From an uncultured bacterium (GTDB taxonomy: Bacteria; Patescibacteriota; Patescibacteriia; CAIQCM01), in contig OY970181.1 of the NCBI GenBank assembly GCA_963708045.1, positions 195,740 to 259,739 on the forward strand: a stretch of DNA of 64,000 nucleotides, written 5' to 3'. Below are positions 50,104-59,985 of this stretch, piece after piece (within the stretch, counting starts at the first letter, position 1; each line of letters begins with the position of its first letter). The notes beneath the pieces were generated by a model that worked only from the letters and a program-made list of their open reading frames with translations, was not told the origin of the DNA and searched no databases. A program made the position numbers and the translations under genes.

Positions 50104-50922
50104 TTAAATGTCCCCTTGTCTCCACCGCTGTCGTTGCGCCTCGGCCTCGGCGGCACGAAGTGCGGCTTTCTCTTTTTCTTTCTCTATTCCGCGCAAGTTA
50201 CTTCTTACCTCTTCAAACAAACGCAGAAGCAGTTCAACTCTTGGCGCGTAGTATGCTCTGGCGTCCGTTTGATCAATCGGCATTTTTTCAAGCAGCCCTA
50301 CCACCTCGCGCCTGATTGGCTGAGTTAATTCTTTGCCAAATTCCCACGGTATTTTTCTTCTGCAGCCGTGCAGGTAAACCAAAGCAATGACGAGCAGTTT
50401 TTCAACTCCAATGCGGTCGTTAAAAACACCAAGACAATCATTAGCCGCCCGCAGGTAAGCATTCAGGAAGCCAATTTGTTGAGCAAACGAAATGTCAAAA
50501 AGTCGTCGCGCAAGCTGAGCCCTTTCGCTGGTTTGATATATAGACGTTAGTTCGCCAGGAGTTCTAAAAACGAAAAACCCGGAGATGACCACGTCCATCG
50601 CAAACAGATTCGTCGCAATCTGTGTTCCACGGTTATCGGAAATCGTTTGAAAAACCTTGGGCAGAACCGGAGTGTTAACTGTCCAGGGCGGCGTTGGACG
50701 CTTCACAAGTTTTTGACGCAGTAAATTCAAACCACTTTGCGCAAAAACAATTGCACGTGTTTGAATTTTTGTGACTGGTCGCAAACCACCCAACCATTCT
50801 TTCAAGTCTGCGGCAACGTTGTCTGCAAGACCACCTTCGTCGCGCCAAACCTTTAGGATTTCCGTGATTTGAAAGGTTGTCAAAGCCAAACGGGCTCGTG
50901 AGCTTATGAATTTTCGTCTCAT
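50104..50922 (-). CDS. Hypothetical protein
   Basis: 272 aa ORF with GAGGTG SD. Confidence 0.6.
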   Translation of the reverse strand: MRRKFISSRARLALTTFQITEILKVWRDEGGLADNVAADLKEWLGGLRPVTKIQTRAIVFAQSGLNLLRQKLVKRPTPPWTVNTPVLPKVFQTISDNRGTQIATNLFAMDVVISGFFVFRTPGELTSIYQTSERAQLARRLFDISFAQQIGFLNAYLRAANDCLGVFNDRIGVEKLLVIALVYLHGCRRKIPWEFGKELTQPIRREVVGLLEKMPIDQTDARAYYAPRVELLLRLFEEVRSNLRGIEKEKEKAALRAAEAEAQRQRWRQGDI

Positions 50923-50991
50923 TTGTTCACCTCGCGTTTTCGTAAAAAGAGCTATAACCTGCTAACTGTTTAATTGTTTTCCGCACTTATG

Positions 50992-52051
50992 TCAACTCTG
51001 TGTACTAGACGGGTACATCGGTAACAAGTGCTCGTGCTTGTAGATGAAATTGATCGGTGACATATACCCCAGGGTTTGGTGCGGCCGACGGAAGTTGTAT
51101 TCGATCAGCCACTCAGTGAGCCGTCGGTTGAATTCGGCGCAGTCGTCGGTCATGTTCCCGAGCTGAACAAACTCCTCTTGTAGGGTTCGGTTGAACCGTT
51201 CGTTCGTCGCGTTGTCCTTGGGTGTTTTGATCCGCGAATGATATTGGGGAATATTTAGAGCAAGACACGCGTCAGCAAACCGTCCCTTGAACTCGCTGCC
51301 GTTGTCATGCCCAACGTTCTCTATCTTCCCATCAACGAGATGATGGAGGCGATAAAGAAAATCGCGAGAATTTGATGAACTCTTTGACGTATACATCCGG
51401 GCAAAAGCTAGTTTAGAGTGTTTGTCGATGGCGGTGAAGATGAAACGCTTCTTGCTTTTCCAATAAATAACGACGGTATCGAGGCAGAGTAGAAACCCCG
51501 ATCGTTTCTTGGTCTTGAGGTCGGTGATCTTCTTGCGTTTAACACTATTCTTTCGTTTTTTGTTGATCCTGGCTTGTTTTATTGGGTGGTAATAGAGACG
51601 GTACTTCTCAATAGTCTTCTGCACCTTCCACTCAGAAATGATCTCGTGATATTCTGTGTTATAGAGAGTGGCGATCTTCGCTTTTCCATAGCGGATATGC
51701 GTCCTCTTCAACGAAATGATTCGTTCAGCTTGGAGCGGGGTAATGGCCCGCTCTTTGCGTTTCTTGGGGGTACGATCAAGTTCTTCAAGGGTGCGGAGGT
51801 TGGCATCGTTAAAGCGTTTCTTCCATTTCCAAAAGGTCTTGGGGGCGATGCCAAAATGACGAGCCGTCAAAAGAGCGTTGCCGCCGTGCTCCTCGTGCCA
51901 AAGGAACCAATCTAGTCGAACGTCTAGCGGGAACGGAGATGCCGATCAGGTCGGCGACGGCGCGAAGGCGCGCCCGACGCGATTTAGTTAAAACGATACC
52001 GGGTTTGAAATACCCGCCGGTGTGGAACCAACGAAGCGTATGATTGCTCAT
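50992..52051 (-). CDS. IS481-family transposase with a +1 frameshift near 51918
   Basis: Same protein as copy 1; ATG-to-stop span is 1060 nt. Confidence 0.8.
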
Positions 52052-52129
52052 AGAAAGATGAGTTAGATGGGTAACAGTCTCATTTTAACCCCATTCGAGG
52101 AGTGTTACCGATGTATCTCATCTTCTCCA
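51001..52129 (-). mobile_element. IS481-family insertion sequence, copy 2
   Basis: Same IRs; direct repeat CTCTG at 50996-51000 and 52130-52134. Confidence 0.9.
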
Positions 52130-52372
52130 CTCTGGCACACCCCTCCCATCTTGGCGCGGCCGCGCCAAGATGGGAGGGCAAAAAAATAATCAATTACTAA
52201 TTTAATATTAACGATCCAAAATCGGTCTATAGATTTAAAACACAGCATCACATTAAATCGCGATCGCGAATTAATGTGATGCGTGAAAAAATATTACAAA
52301 ATATAAATCAACATAGAAAATAGGGAAGCGACTGTTGGCCACTTCCCTATCATGCGCGATTGTCATTCGGAT

Positions 52373-53119
52373 CTATGGAGTCTTCGCCGATTCAGCAAGT
52401 GGTAGTTTACCAACGACGTCGCTCACGACAGTGCTAAGCACTTTCGCACCAACGCGTTGTACAATCGTGGCTAGTTCGCCAGTGACCCTTTCAAGCTCAG
52501 CACCCATGAGAGACGTGTGCGCTCTTAGTGCTATAGCAACTTGGTCGCGACATTCTTGCATTGTACCGAACGCGTGCGCCCGTTGAACGACAGCGCCTGG
52601 CCGCCAATCGGTCGGAACAACCATTCCGGCGCGTAGTCTTGGAAACAACTTGCGTCCGTAGTCCACCTGAAACCACATCCAATCGGTCGGCCGCAATTTC
52701 GCAAAACCCATAATAAGCTCTCCGACCGAACTCGTACTGATTACTCCGTACAATTTTTTTCCGGTTTGAGTAAGTTGCACTACGTTAAAAAGCGGCGTGT
52801 CAAGAAACACCCGCCATTCCGCGTCTTTCCAATACGGCGGTTGCCAACCAAGGGCAATCGGGTCGTTGCCAAAAGAAAGACCAAGCTGATTAAGTAGTCC
52901 ACCAAGCTCTTCACGATCTTCGGATATATCACGTGCGGATGCAAAGTTTAACCGACATGCTTCCCCAAGATACAGAACGCCGTACCGACGGCAGTAGTTA
53001 GCTAGCGTCGGAGTACAATTTAAACAATCAATCATTGTGGAGAGCGCCGCAAGCGCCTCTTTTTCAAGAGCGGCGGGGTTCAAACCATCATTATAAAGTG
53101 CGCGTTGTATGCTTACCAT
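52373..53119 (-). CDS. Hypothetical protein
   Basis: Long ORF with GAGGAG SD before ATG 53119. Confidence 0.6.
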   Translation of the reverse strand: MVSIQRALYNDGLNPAALEKEALAALSTMIDCLNCTPTLANYCRRYGVLYLGEACRLNFASARDISEDREELGGLLNQLGLSFGNDPIALGWQPPYWKDAEWRVFLDTPLFNVVQLTQTGKKLYGVISTSSVGELIMGFAKLRPTDWMWFQVDYGRKLFPRLRAGMVVPTDWRPGAVVQRAHAFGTMQECRDQVAIALRAHTSLMGAELERVTGELATIVQRVGAKVLSTVVSDVVGKLPLAESAKTP

Positions 53120-53366
53120 TTTTCTCCTCGTGTTTCGTGTTTCCAAAATGAAACTAGAACCTGTTTAAGGTTTAGTCGTTAACTGTGTCCTTGTCAACTT
53201 ACCCCACCCTCCCATCTTTCCACGATCGTGGAAAGATGGGAGGGTAAGAGATAACACCGCATCACATTTAACCGCGATCGCGAATTAATGTGATGCGAAA
53301 AAAATTTTAAAAAAACAGCCCGCCCCGATGACCATCGGAGCGGGCTTGTGACGACATTCGGATCGT

Positions 53367-54233
53367 CTAAGTGTTTGGATCGGCTTTGCACGGTGGAAAA
53401 TATTCATCAAGCAAACGTGCAAGCAAGAGCATCGCGTCGCCAAGACGAAACCATCGGAGCTGTGGCTTCCAAAATAAAAAATGACAAAGCACTGAAGGAG
53501 CAAGCAAGTCTTCCGAAAAAAGCCACTTCGCCGCCGCGCTAATCGCACGATCTTTTTCCATCCGCATTTTCAATTCGTATGCTTCACTGTCAAGGATCGC
53601 AATAAACATCCCCATTACACTGCTTTCTGCCGAGGCCAGTCTTGCTACCACCCCAGCCAAAGCAACAACAACATGGTCTGGTTCGTGGTTGCCGATGCCA
53701 TTATTCATAAGCGCGAATAGATAATCCTCAAGCAGACAGATCTCGGCGGAGTGACGATGAACCGATCGACGGCACGCGTACGAAGAAATTAGCCAATTCA
53801 TTCTGTTCACAAGAAGTTTTTTTGCGCGTTCCGCGGCGTCAATTTCGTCAGGGTGTCTAATTCCAGCCTCGACAAACTCTTGACGCCATTTTATTGTTCC
53901 GGCGCGCACTTCTTCCACAATCGGATAAAACGCCGGTTCTAATCCTGTGTTATAGCAAAGCAGTATTGAGTTAACGATTTTCTCGGGGACAGGCAAAGAC
54001 ATAATCTCACGATACGCTTTGTGGCCAACCTCGCGAACAACCGGATTTGCGGGCAACCGCCAAGCACTTATCTTCTGACCACGGAAACCCGCCAAATATG
54101 CATTGTCAAGGGTAGTCTTCTGAATGACCGAGAGTCGTCGCAAAAATTCCGTCGCTCGCCAAGAAGCGACAAAGTTTCGCTCGTTGGTCCGACCGAGGAT
54201 GGCAACGTTTTCTCTACCGTCTCTGTATGACAT
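53367..54233 (-). CDS. Hypothetical protein
   Basis: 288 aa ORF. Confidence 0.55.
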   Translation of the reverse strand: MSYRDGRENVAILGRTNERNFVASWRATEFLRRLSVIQKTTLDNAYLAGFRGQKISAWRLPANPVVREVGHKAYREIMSLPVPEKIVNSILLCYNTGLEPAFYPIVEEVRAGTIKWRQEFVEAGIRHPDEIDAAERAKKLLVNRMNWLISSYACRRSVHRHSAEICLLEDYLFALMNNGIGNHEPDHVVVALAGVVARLASAESSVMGMFIAILDSEAYELKMRMEKDRAISAAAKWLFSEDLLAPSVLCHFLFWKPQLRWFRLGDAMLLLARLLDEYFPPCKADPNT

Positions 54234-54519
54234 GCCAACCCCACAACCAAAAGCATTCTCAAAGACAAACGGCGTACACTTTATTGGCGTTTCGTCTCTA
54301 CCCGAACCCGTGCCATAAACGGTTCGTTCTTAAAATGAATTATGATTGGCTCAAACATTAGACAACCTCCTTGTTTTCAATTGTAATGTCCGTTAAAGCT
54401 CACCAAAATCCGTCGCTTTAATATCGTCTTGTATCATTAAAATATCTTCGCGTCAATAATCTTCACTGCGAACTGACTATTGAAAAACGGGGGAATGTGG
54501 TAATAATTACTTGTTAACA

Positions 54520-55254
54520 ATGTTTGACTTTGCCTCAAAAAAAGAAGCGACCATAACCGTAGCCCTGGCGGCGTTTTTTGTTTTGGTCACGATCGGGTTT
54601 ACTTTTGAACCGCTCGCGACGGTTATCTTAAAATCACGCGACCTACCGCAAGAAACTGTCCTTTTGGCGAAAATTTTAGCTGACACTAGCAACGAACAAA
54701 TATTAGCAGACGGAAAAATGCTCTTGGGCGAAAAAGGCGTGGTTTTTAAAGAGGGGGAAACATTAAAACGAAGCGTGAACGCTTTGCTTTCATCGGTTAC
54801 TGGCGAACGAACCCTGAACATTATTACTCAAAGCGCCGGCGCCTTGCCCGTCACTTTAACGCTTTCTGGAAAAACTAACGAAGAATATGCAGCAAAACCG
54901 CTAGTTAAATTGATTGCCGCCTATGAAAATCCTTCGGAAAACCGCATAACAATGCCAGATAATACAACTTACATTGAATTTGTCGCTGATCCTGACAAGG
55001 CCAATCCAACCAAGCTCCCTATTCCACTTTCAATAAACACCCACGAAGATATCACCACAATATCCACAAGCAAAAATCCGCTAGAAAAAGCAAATAAATA
55101 CTTATCACCACTTAGCTGTGAAGAACTCCCCTCAGGCACAAAAATCATAAATTTCGCTAAAAATAGGGATTATTTCTTGAGAAACGTGCTTTTTTCAACA
55201 AAGCAATATTTAGCTAATTTTGAATGTTTCCAGAGTTTTTCCACATTTCATTAA
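54520..55254 (+). CDS. Hypothetical protein with N-terminal membrane anchor
   Basis: N-terminal TM; promoter-like TTGAAA...TAATAA upstream. Confidence 0.55.
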   Translation: MFDFASKKEATITVALAAFFVLVTIGFTFEPLATVILKSRDLPQETVLLAKILADTSNEQILADGKMLLGEKGVVFKEGETLKRSVNALLSSVTGERTLNIITQSAGALPVTLTLSGKTNEEYAAKPLVKLIAAYENPSENRITMPDNTTYIEFVADPDKANPTKLPIPLSINTHEDITTISTSKNPLEKANKYLSPLSCEELPSGTKIINFAKNRDYFLRNVLFSTKQYLANFECFQSFSTFH

Positions 55255-55394
55255 ATTTCTTGAGAAAAAAGGGGGATAACCTTGGGGATAAACTATTGAT
55301 AAGTATTGCCTAACCCTGTGTTTAACTAAGTTTTTAGATTTGTTTGTTAATTTTTTCATCTATTTATAGATGATTTTAGCGCCTGTTCACAGAA

Positions 55395-55423
55395 TTGACG
55401 AAAACCGTTTTTTGTGATATTAT
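55395..55423 (+). promoter_or_regulatory. Sigma70-type promoter
   Basis: TTGACG - 17 bp - TATTAT with extended -10 TG. Confidence 0.7.
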
Positions 55424-55429
55424 ATATAT

Positions 55430-55752
55430 GTACTCAAGAGAGTGCATTGTTCTTTAGAGAAGTTCCTCAGTCCCTCATAAAGAGACGGAGAAATATCTTT
55501 CACCTGTACTGATTCCATCAACGGAATACATAAGTTGATCTGGAGGCTCCCAAAAGAATCGCTTTGGCGATTCGGGAAAAACCTCCACGGATTCGGTAAA
55601 GGTGATCGCACTACGGCCTGTGCTATCATCAACGAGCATTCCCACCATAAACCTGAGCAATCGGATTTATAGTGGGGATGCCCTTGTGGGCAAGGGCCGA
55701 AAGGCCCAGCAGACTTTGAAACCATATTATAGTCCAGCTAGGGCCTTTTTTT
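55430..55752 (+). ncRNA. Candidate ~320-nt structured non-coding RNA
   Basis: Strong promoter, many hairpins, terminal stem followed by T7, and no credible ORF. Confidence 0.45.
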
Positions 55753-55944
55753 ATTGAAAAATTTTCAACTTGTTTGGGCGATTGACTATATCGCGCCCAA
55801 AGGATAATATTGAATATACCTAAGGAACGAGACAAAACTCTGTTCGCAGAGCTTTTTCGTGCGTTGCTCAGGAGTTTGTAAATAATTAATCTTAAAATCA
55901 CGTCGCGTTTTGTCTTTACTGACCTTAAACGTCGTGTTACAGCT

Positions 55945-56322
55945 ATGGCTCTTAGCGCCAAAACCTTAAAAGAAATAGAAACAAAACTTTTAGAAGAAAA
56001 AACTAAGCTTGAAAACGAGCTCGGCCAAATTTCTACAAAGAACACAAAAAACCCGACTGACTATCAGGCAAATTTTCCCGACTTCGGAAGTTCTGAAGAC
56101 GAAAACGCCGCCGAGGTCACCACCTTTACCGACAACCTTACTTTAGAGAGGACGCTTGAAGCAGCACTCCGCGACACCAACAAAGCCTTGGAAAGCATTA
56201 AGACGGGAAAATACGGCACCTGCAAATATTGCGAAAAAGAAATTGACGAAAAACGTTTGCTCGCGCGACCAGCTTCTTCTTCTTGCATTGATTGCAAAAA
56301 GCGTTTGACTTTAGAAAGTTAA
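55945..56322 (+). CDS. DksA/TraR C4-type zinc finger protein
   Basis: GKYGTCKYCEKEIDEKRLLARPASSSCIDC. Confidence 0.9.
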   Translation: MALSAKTLKEIETKLLEEKTKLENELGQISTKNTKNPTDYQANFPDFGSSEDENAAEVTTFTDNLTLERTLEAALRDTNKALESIKTGKYGTCKYCEKEIDEKRLLARPASSSCIDCKKRLTLES

Positions 56323-56326
56323 TTTT

Positions 56327-56815
56327 ATGTCGTGGAAACGGACACTTGCCGTTTCTTGCGCCTTGCTTGCGGTTGTTTTTGACCGCTTCCTAAAATGGCA
56401 CTCATTTGCCGCGCTCCCTGGGGAGGGCGCGGTTTTGTTTCCGGGTTTTGATTATAAATATTTTTTAAATACCGGACTAACTTTTTCCCTATTCAATAAC
56501 CCGCTCGCGATTACCGCTTCGCTCGTTGCCGCCGTCGCGCTAACTGTTTGGTTGGTTTATAAAATTAAACGCGAGCCAAACTGGTTTGCTTTGCCAACAA
56601 ATATGATCGGCGTTCTGCTTGTTGCTTTGGGCGGCGCGAGCAATTTGTTTGATCGGTTTTATTTTCACGGCGTTATTGATTACCTACTTTTCTTTTCTCG
56701 GTCTGCGTGGAATATCGCAGATATCATGATCCTCGCAGGAATTTTGTTTCTCATTCTGAAACGAGATTCCAAAGGCGGTTTTTCCGACAACGAGCGTTTA
56801 GCGGATAGCGGATAG
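56327..56815 (+). CDS. lspA: Lipoprotein signal peptidase II
   Basis: DRFLK, NTGLTFS, GGASNLFDR, VIDY, WNIAD. Confidence 0.85.
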   Translation: MSWKRTLAVSCALLAVVFDRFLKWHSFAALPGEGAVLFPGFDYKYFLNTGLTFSLFNNPLAITASLVAAVALTVWLVYKIKREPNWFALPTNMIGVLLVALGGASNLFDRFYFHGVIDYLLFFSRSAWNIADIMILAGILFLILKRDSKGGFSDNERLADSG

Positions 56816-56884
56816 CGGATAGCGTTTAGTTTTCTAGACCCTATACGCTAAACCCTATACCCTGTTTCTGTTGTCTTCCAAAAT

Positions 56885-58393
56885 ATGGCGACAGCTATAA
56901 TGAGTGCGGCTTTGGGCGGAATTTGCGCCCGGCCGCTTCGTGTTGAAGCCGACGTCTCGTCGGGTCTTCCTTCTTTTAACGTTGTCGGTCTTCCCGACGC
57001 CGCCGTTTCCGAGTCGCGCGACCGCGTTCGCGCGGCCATTAAAAATAGTGGCTTTTCTTTTCCCGGCGGCCGCGTCACGGTTAACCTTGCGCCGGCTGAT
57101 TCAAAAAAAGCCGGTTCGTCTTATGATCTCCCCATTGCCGCGGCGATTTTGGGCGAGTGTGGTTTTTTGCGAAAGCTTCCCGAAGGCGCAATTTATGTTG
57201 GCGAGCTGTCGCTTGACGGCGCCGTGCGTCCAGTCGCGGGCGTGCTCGCCATTGCCGAACTCTGCCGCGAAACAAAAGCGTCGTGCTTGTTTGTACCGGT
57301 AGAAAACGCCGCCGAAGCGGCGCTTGTTCCTGGGATAAAAATAATTCCCATTGCTTCACTGCTTAAGTTAGTAATGCATTTGGACGAAACGGAAATAATT
57401 ATAGGAACACCACATCATCTTCCAGAAATTGACGACACGCCTTGGGAAACCGATTTTGCCGCGATCCGCGGACAACAAACAGCGAAACGCGTTCTCACCA
57501 TTGCCGCCGCTGGCGCACACAATATTATTTTGTCGGGTCCGCCCGGCTCGGGCAAAACAATGCTTTCGCATGCGCTCGCCGGAATCCTCCCATCACTGAC
57601 ATATAATGAGGCTTTAGAAATTACCCGAATTTATTCCGCCGCCGGCCTACTTGGTAGTAAGGGTCTTATTAAGACGCGACCGTTTCGTCATCCACACCAC
57701 TCGGCCTCGGCTGTCGCCATTGTCGGCGGCGGCAGTAATGCCCGGCCTGGCGAAATTTCGCTCGCGCATCGGGGCATATTATTCATGGATGAATTTCCAG
57801 AGTTTCCGCATTCGGTTTTGGAACACTTGCGCGAACCGCTTGAAGACGGCACGATTACCGTTTCGCGCGCCGCCGGAACCAATACCTATCCCGCAAAATT
57901 TTTACTTATCGCCGCAAAAAATCCGTGTCCCTGCGGCTATGCCTCTGACCCGCAAGTAAGTTGCACTTGTCCGCCGCACCGACTTGATCTCTACAAAAAG
58001 AAATTATCCGGACCGCTTTTGGATCGCATTGACCTAACCGCCGAGGTGCCGCGTCAGTCTTGGACCGAACTTGCGAAAGGTGGAGACGGCGAAAACTCGG
58101 CAACCATCCGCGCGCTGGTTACCGCGGCGCGCAGTCGGCAAACTGATCGTTTTTCACAAACAAAAATTTTGGCGAACAGCGAAATTCCACCGCGAATGTT
58201 AGAAAAATTTTGTCCGCTTACGCCCGAGGCCGCAAACATGATCGCGCTCGCCGTGGATCGCTTCCGCCTTTCCGCGCGTTCGTATCATCACTTATTAAAA
58301 GTTTCCCGCACTATTGCCGACCTAGACGCGGTAGAAATAATTTCCGAGTCACACATTACCGAAGCCTTGCAGTATCGGCCGAAGAGAGAATAG
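56885..58393 (+). CDS. comM: YifB/ComM Mg-chelatase-like AAA+ ATPase
   Basis: GPPGSGKT, PFRHPHHSAS, PGEISLAHRG, NPCPCG, SGPLLDRID. Confidence 0.9.
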   Translation: MATAIMSAALGGICARPLRVEADVSSGLPSFNVVGLPDAAVSESRDRVRAAIKNSGFSFPGGRVTVNLAPADSKKAGSSYDLPIAAAILGECGFLRKLPEGAIYVGELSLDGAVRPVAGVLAIAELCRETKASCLFVPVENAAEAALVPGIKIIPIASLLKLVMHLDETEIIIGTPHHLPEIDDTPWETDFAAIRGQQTAKRVLTIAAAGAHNIILSGPPGSGKTMLSHALAGILPSLTYNEALEITRIYSAAGLLGSKGLIKTRPFRHPHHSASAVAIVGGGSNARPGEISLAHRGILFMDEFPEFPHSVLEHLREPLEDGTITVSRAAGTNTYPAKFLLIAAKNPCPCGYASDPQVSCTCPPHRLDLYKKKLSGPLLDRIDLTAEVPRQSWTELAKGGDGENSATIRALVTAARSRQTDRFSQTKILANSEIPPRMLEKFCPLTPEAANMIALAVDRFRLSARSYHHLLKVSRTIADLDAVEIISESHITEALQYRPKRE

Positions 58394-58461
58394 TCTTTAG
58401 GAAATTTAAAATATCCCAGTTGGGGATATTTTAATAAAAGTTAAAAGTTAACAGTTAAAAG

Positions 58462-59826
58462 TTATTTAATATAAGGCAACGGATTAGTAACCTTACCATT
58501 CAAGCGCACTTCAAAATGCAAATGCGAGCCCGTGGAAAAACCGGTACTACCCATAAGCATGATTGGGTCGCCGCGGTGCACCTGATCGCCGGACGAAACG
58601 AGCAAACGCGAGGCGTGGCCATAGCGCGTAATAATTCCGTTGCCGTGGTCAATGTCTACATAATATCCGTAGCCTTTTTTGCATGACACGCCACAACCAG
58701 AGTGTGTCACAATGCCGTCATCAGCCGCATAAATTGTGTCGCCGGTGTCGCCATCCAAATCCAAACCCGTGTGGCGACCCAGGCTTTTTCTTCCAAGTTC
58801 CCAAACGCCATAATATTGTGAAATACGATGCGACGCAGCCGGCCAAAGCAAATCGGTTTTGCCGGCGTCCACAGCCGCGGGCGGGGTGGTCAAAATTTTT
58901 ACCGGCGAAGCAATGGCTTTTGGTTTTGGCGCAACCGGCGCCGCAATCTGTCCGCCCGGAATAAATAACGCTTGACCCTTGGCGATCTTTTCATCGGACA
59001 AATTATTCCAAGAAATTATTTCGTCTACCGAGGCGTTAAATGTTGTGGCGATTTTGTTTACCGTGTCGCCGCTTTTTACGGTGTAGCTCACACCCGAGGA
59101 AGGTAGAATGGACAGTTCTTGCCCAGGTTTAATATAATCGCGAACAGTTAATTTATTTTCCCAAAGAATTGTCGCAATGGAGATACCAAACTTATCAGCG
59201 ATCCCCGAGAGTGTATCGCCGTTCGCAACAATATATTTCTCAACCTGCGTTCGGTGTGGCGTGCCCGGCGGAAGAACTGTACCCGGCATTAGCGCGCCAA
59301 GTTCAATTAACGCGGCCGAGCCTTCGGTTTCAGGACTTTCGCCAAAATTATTTTGCGCGTCAGCTGCTTGGTCGCCTAGCGTATTGTCGGCGATGTCCTG
59401 CTCGTCATTTAATTTTGGTGCACCCGACTCCACAACTAATTCTTCTTCGCCAGAAAGATAGCGATACAAAACCGATTGTTCGCCGGTATAAACAATATTT
59501 TTTGTTCGCGCATAAATATTACCACCCGAAACAAGCAATACGAGCGACCCCAAAACAATGTGCAAAAAACGCCGATGTGAAACAGCAAAAGTAATCTGTC
59601 GCTCGGTTGGCTCTAAAGCCTTAGAAAAACGCTTAATGATTTTATAAATTGAAATTAAAAACGGTAAAATGATTTTTTTCGCAATTATAGCCAAAATCCT
59701 ATAAAGCGTGCGCCCGACCCAAATAATCAGCTTTTTTAGCATCATTACAAGCCGGATCAAACCAACCAGAATCTTTATGAGAATTTTTTTAAGTTTGTGA
59801 GACAGATTTTGGCTAAATTTAAACAA
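58462..59826 (-). CDS. LysM-domain M23 family peptidase
   Basis: Two LysM domains; HTGLD, YGHAS, GSHLHFEV. Confidence 0.92.
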   Translation of the reverse strand: MFKFSQNLSHKLKKILIKILVGLIRLVMMLKKLIIWVGRTLYRILAIIAKKIILPFLISIYKIIKRFSKALEPTERQITFAVSHRRFLHIVLGSLVLLVSGGNIYARTKNIVYTGEQSVLYRYLSGEEELVVESGAPKLNDEQDIADNTLGDQAADAQNNFGESPETEGSAALIELGALMPGTVLPPGTPHRTQVEKYIVANGDTLSGIADKFGISIATILWENKLTVRDYIKPGQELSILPSSGVSYTVKSGDTVNKIATTFNASVDEIISWNNLSDEKIAKGQALFIPGGQIAAPVAPKPKAIASPVKILTTPPAAVDAGKTDLLWPAASHRISQYYGVWELGRKSLGRHTGLDLDGDTGDTIYAADDGIVTHSGCGVSCKKGYGYYVDIDHGNGIITRYGHASRLLVSSGDQVHRGDPIMLMGSTGFSTGSHLHFEVRLNGKVTNPLPYIK

Positions 59827-59985
59827 TTATATACGAAAGAACGCGTCCACTCTTGATCTTCAATGTACTACTAATACGACTTCGTTTCAACCTGGCGATC
59901 CTTTTACCGATTGACCAAAAAGTCTTTTTAGCCTAAATTATGAGTATAAAAAGACCCAGCGTCTTTATTTAATTTAATAAAAATT

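Noticed and set aside
55236-55392. oriC from DnaA-box-like motifs (TTTTCCACA, GGGGATAA)
   Set aside because: Matches are mostly degenerate, dnaA/dnaN are not nearby and skew cannot be computed here.
55706-55740. Group I intron core (AGACT...ATAGTCC resembles P7)
   Set aside because: No interrupted host gene was found, and the same bases are explained as part of the terminal hairpin before T7.
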